DNA from: Antedon mediterranea
Taxonomy: Eukaryota; Animalia; Echinodermata
Assembly: GCF_964355755.1 (NCBI RefSeq)
Contig: NC_092670.1
Span: forward strand, 33,902,388 to 33,966,387
Direction: 5' to 3'
DNA length: 64,000 bases
Positions 61,611 to 64,000 of this stretch are shown here, piece after piece (the first letter of the stretch is position 1; each line of letters opens with the position of its first letter). A program made the translations under genes and the position numbers. Under the pieces are notes generated by a model. The model had not been told where the DNA came from. It did no database searches and saw nothing but the letters and a program-made list of their open reading frames with translations.

Positions 61611-62289
61611 GAACTGCTTATAAATAAAATGGTGCTGGTATAAAGCCTGAAAGCGAAAATTGACAATTCGGTTTTTGAAGAAACACAGCATAGAAACCTA
61701 TAATTTAGAGCATTAAGAAAATAGAAGGCAACGTTGATTTTCGAGTGAAAGCCGTACAATACTAAACATATCGGGCAGACGCCAAGAAAAAAAACTTAAT
61801 TATACCAAATCAAGTAACGTTGGAAAAGAGTGCAACAGAACTTCAACCCAAAAAAACCACATGTTTGTAATTGGGGGAATAACCTGTTACTTGTAGTCTA
61901 CTGGGCTATATTGCGTACATGTGTGGACAACACATACCATAACTTTCTATTATATTCCCCTAAGAGTCCCTTCGTGTCGAGTGCTGCCACCAAACGGCGC
62001 TCGTTCGTCTGTCCACAACGACAGGGAATGAATGGACCAGTACACCGAGGTAACCCCCTACTCTTCCGAAAGATATAATAGGTTCTTTAAAGTGCCTATG
62101 AGCTAGATGTGTTCACTAGTCTAGACCTCCAGTTGTAAGTCCTTAACCGAGAAGACTTGTTCTATCACCGAAAGAATGGTCGAGCAGCCTGTGCCGATTG
62201 CAAAGCTGCTGCTGCAGCTATGGTTTGCGGCGGCGCCCATGTCTTTACCGCTGAGCCACTCGACTCATAACTAGTATTCAATTAGCAAA

Positions 62290-63010
62290 CTGCAAACTTA
62301 GTCTTGTTTAGGCTGTATTATCCTAATCATACTGTTGCCGAGAAAAGTAACCGACTCTTGAAGAAACGAATGCTATTTTCACTAGTCCAAAAGCATAACT
62401 TTAACCCGTAGTTAAACCATTTAATATTGGATATGCATAACATTGACAGAAAACCTAAGTTCCATCAAGCCTAAAAGTGTATGCCAACAATGGGGACACC
62501 GTGTCCAGTCATTGACATTAGTGTTCAGTGTTGGACAAACGGATAGGAATGGATATGCTTTCATCACAATAATGTTGTTGCAGACTCCAACATATAGACA
62601 ATAATGGGTTATGTCTTACGCTTATAACATTGATGGCCGGATGTGCACTCAGGCAGACTAATGAATAAAAATAGGAATAATAGGCTAAAGTTTTAAGATT
62701 AAAATTTATATTTCAAGCTGGAAATAGGTCTCTACGTCTAAAGGATTAAACATTGAAGGATAAACAGACAAACGTTGTCTGTATTAACAATAAAAAGTCA
62801 AAGATTTTAGTAAAGTTTAATTTTAGTTAAATTTAACACCATTTATCCATTTAAAAATAGCAGTTAAAAATAGACAGTTGACACTGACAGACAAACAGAC
62901 AGAACTACATTCCTAGGTTTCCAACTTAAAAATATTACATAAAGTTTTTAAAGTCTAAAATTTCTTAACATTCTGTTGTTAGTACGTTAGTGGTTACATT
63001 GTGTTACGTT
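62290..63010 (+). repeat. Segment paralogous to 25045-25260 + 27123-27430 + 31139-31185
   Basis: Colinear similarity (gaatgct.ttttcactag.ccaaaagcataa; aagttccatcaagcct; gggacaccgtgtccagtcatt; gataggaatggatatgctttcatcacaataa; agtacgttagtggtta). Confidence 0.88.
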
Positions 63011-63024
63011 GTTACACGATAGTG

Positions 63025-63397
63025 GTTAAGCTAGGACGTAACACAAGGACGTAAACGCAACGCAAGAGCGTGTTGACCAATGACAAGTGACACTTCGAAT
63101 AATCCATCACTTGTGATAGGTCAACTCATCTACGTTGCGTTACGTCCTTGTGTTGTGTCTAGAGAGAACCATTAGTGGTTGATTTGTATTACGTTAGTGG
63201 TTGATTATTACGTTAAGCGTGGTTCCCACTAGCGACGCAACACAAGGACGTAACGCAACGCAAGTGAATTGACCAATCACAAGCGATGGCTTATTCGCTT
63301 GTAATTGCTAACTGTCTATGACTTCGCTTGTCATTGGCTAAAACGCTTGCGTTGCGTTTACGTCCTTGCGTTACGTTCTAGTGGAAACCAAGCTTTA
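63025..63397. mobile_element. Two adjacent related palindromic MITEs (~63025-63172 and ~63214-63397)
   Basis: aacacaaggacgtaacgcaacg ... cgttgcgttacgtccttg inverted arms in both copies. Confidence 0.7.
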
Positions 63398-64000
63398 GTG
63401 TGTGATAATTAAGAACCTAGGCAAATAAACAAAAGTAATTCATCCATAATTTTCTTTTGAAATTTACGAATTCGTATACCCTCCCTTGTGATTATAAACA
63501 TTACCTCCCTGTAGTCTTTTTAACAATCAAGAAAAAAAAACAACACTTTAGGCGAATAATATTATTACATATTTAATGTTATATTAGTTCGATCCACGAC
63601 AATATTTTCTATGATGTAAATACTGTTTTTAAAAGTTAAAGCTACATACTAATATGATGATTTTTCTAAACTAAATAAAATATTTATATATCTCCAGTTT
63701 ATTAAAAGTAAGCTAGCAATTTCAATCTATAAAATGTCAAAGTAAACATTTAAAACAGCTGTTTTTCACGGTAATAGTAAATGTTTGTTTTGTAGGAAAA
63801 ACAATATTTGACTACCAACAATTTCTTTTAATTATTTATGTAAAAAGTCACGTTCTCACTTCTTTGAATTGTATTAAACCTAACTATAATTGCATACAAT
63901 TGAACTCAAGTGAAATGTGATTGGTCCTTTTTGGGTGTATTTCTATTACGTAATCGTGGTTGGTAGTCGAAAATGTTCATAGGAGAAAGACCAACTAACA

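Overview
AT-rich, intron-containing, transposon-dense eukaryotic DNA, most consistent with a marine invertebrate deuterostome such as an echinoderm (inference only). Host genes: (i) the 5' part of a TBCEL-like gene on the minus strand (0.5-4.8 kb); (ii) a broken gene made of a Cys-rich exon at 7.3 kb and a FAMeT-domain exon at 21.4-25.0 kb, disrupted by two transposons; (iii) an apparently intact secreted F-type lectin + PAN/apple gene (34.8-56.9 kb, about 263 aa) with a ~19.4-kb first intron full of TEs; (iv) an SLCO/OATP pseudo-exon at 61.5 kb. Most of the rest is nested mobile DNA whose ends and target-site duplications can be read directly. It includes a 13.6-kb EnSpm/CACTA-type element carrying a spliceable DUF4806-like gene, hAT elements, three copies of a non-autonomous Helitron, an Academ-like element, TTAA-specific Kolobok-like MITEs, CR1/L2-type and RTE LINEs, Gypsy remnants, and tRNA- and 5S-derived SINEs. 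There is also a large interrupted inverted duplication and an old tandem segmental duplication that supplies empty sites for two insertions. I see no unequivocal new biological system. The best candidates for follow-up are the transposase-less EnSpm element with its cargo gene and satellite, and the duplicated modular lectin/FAMeT locus. All family assignments come from motif recognition by eye, not from database searches.
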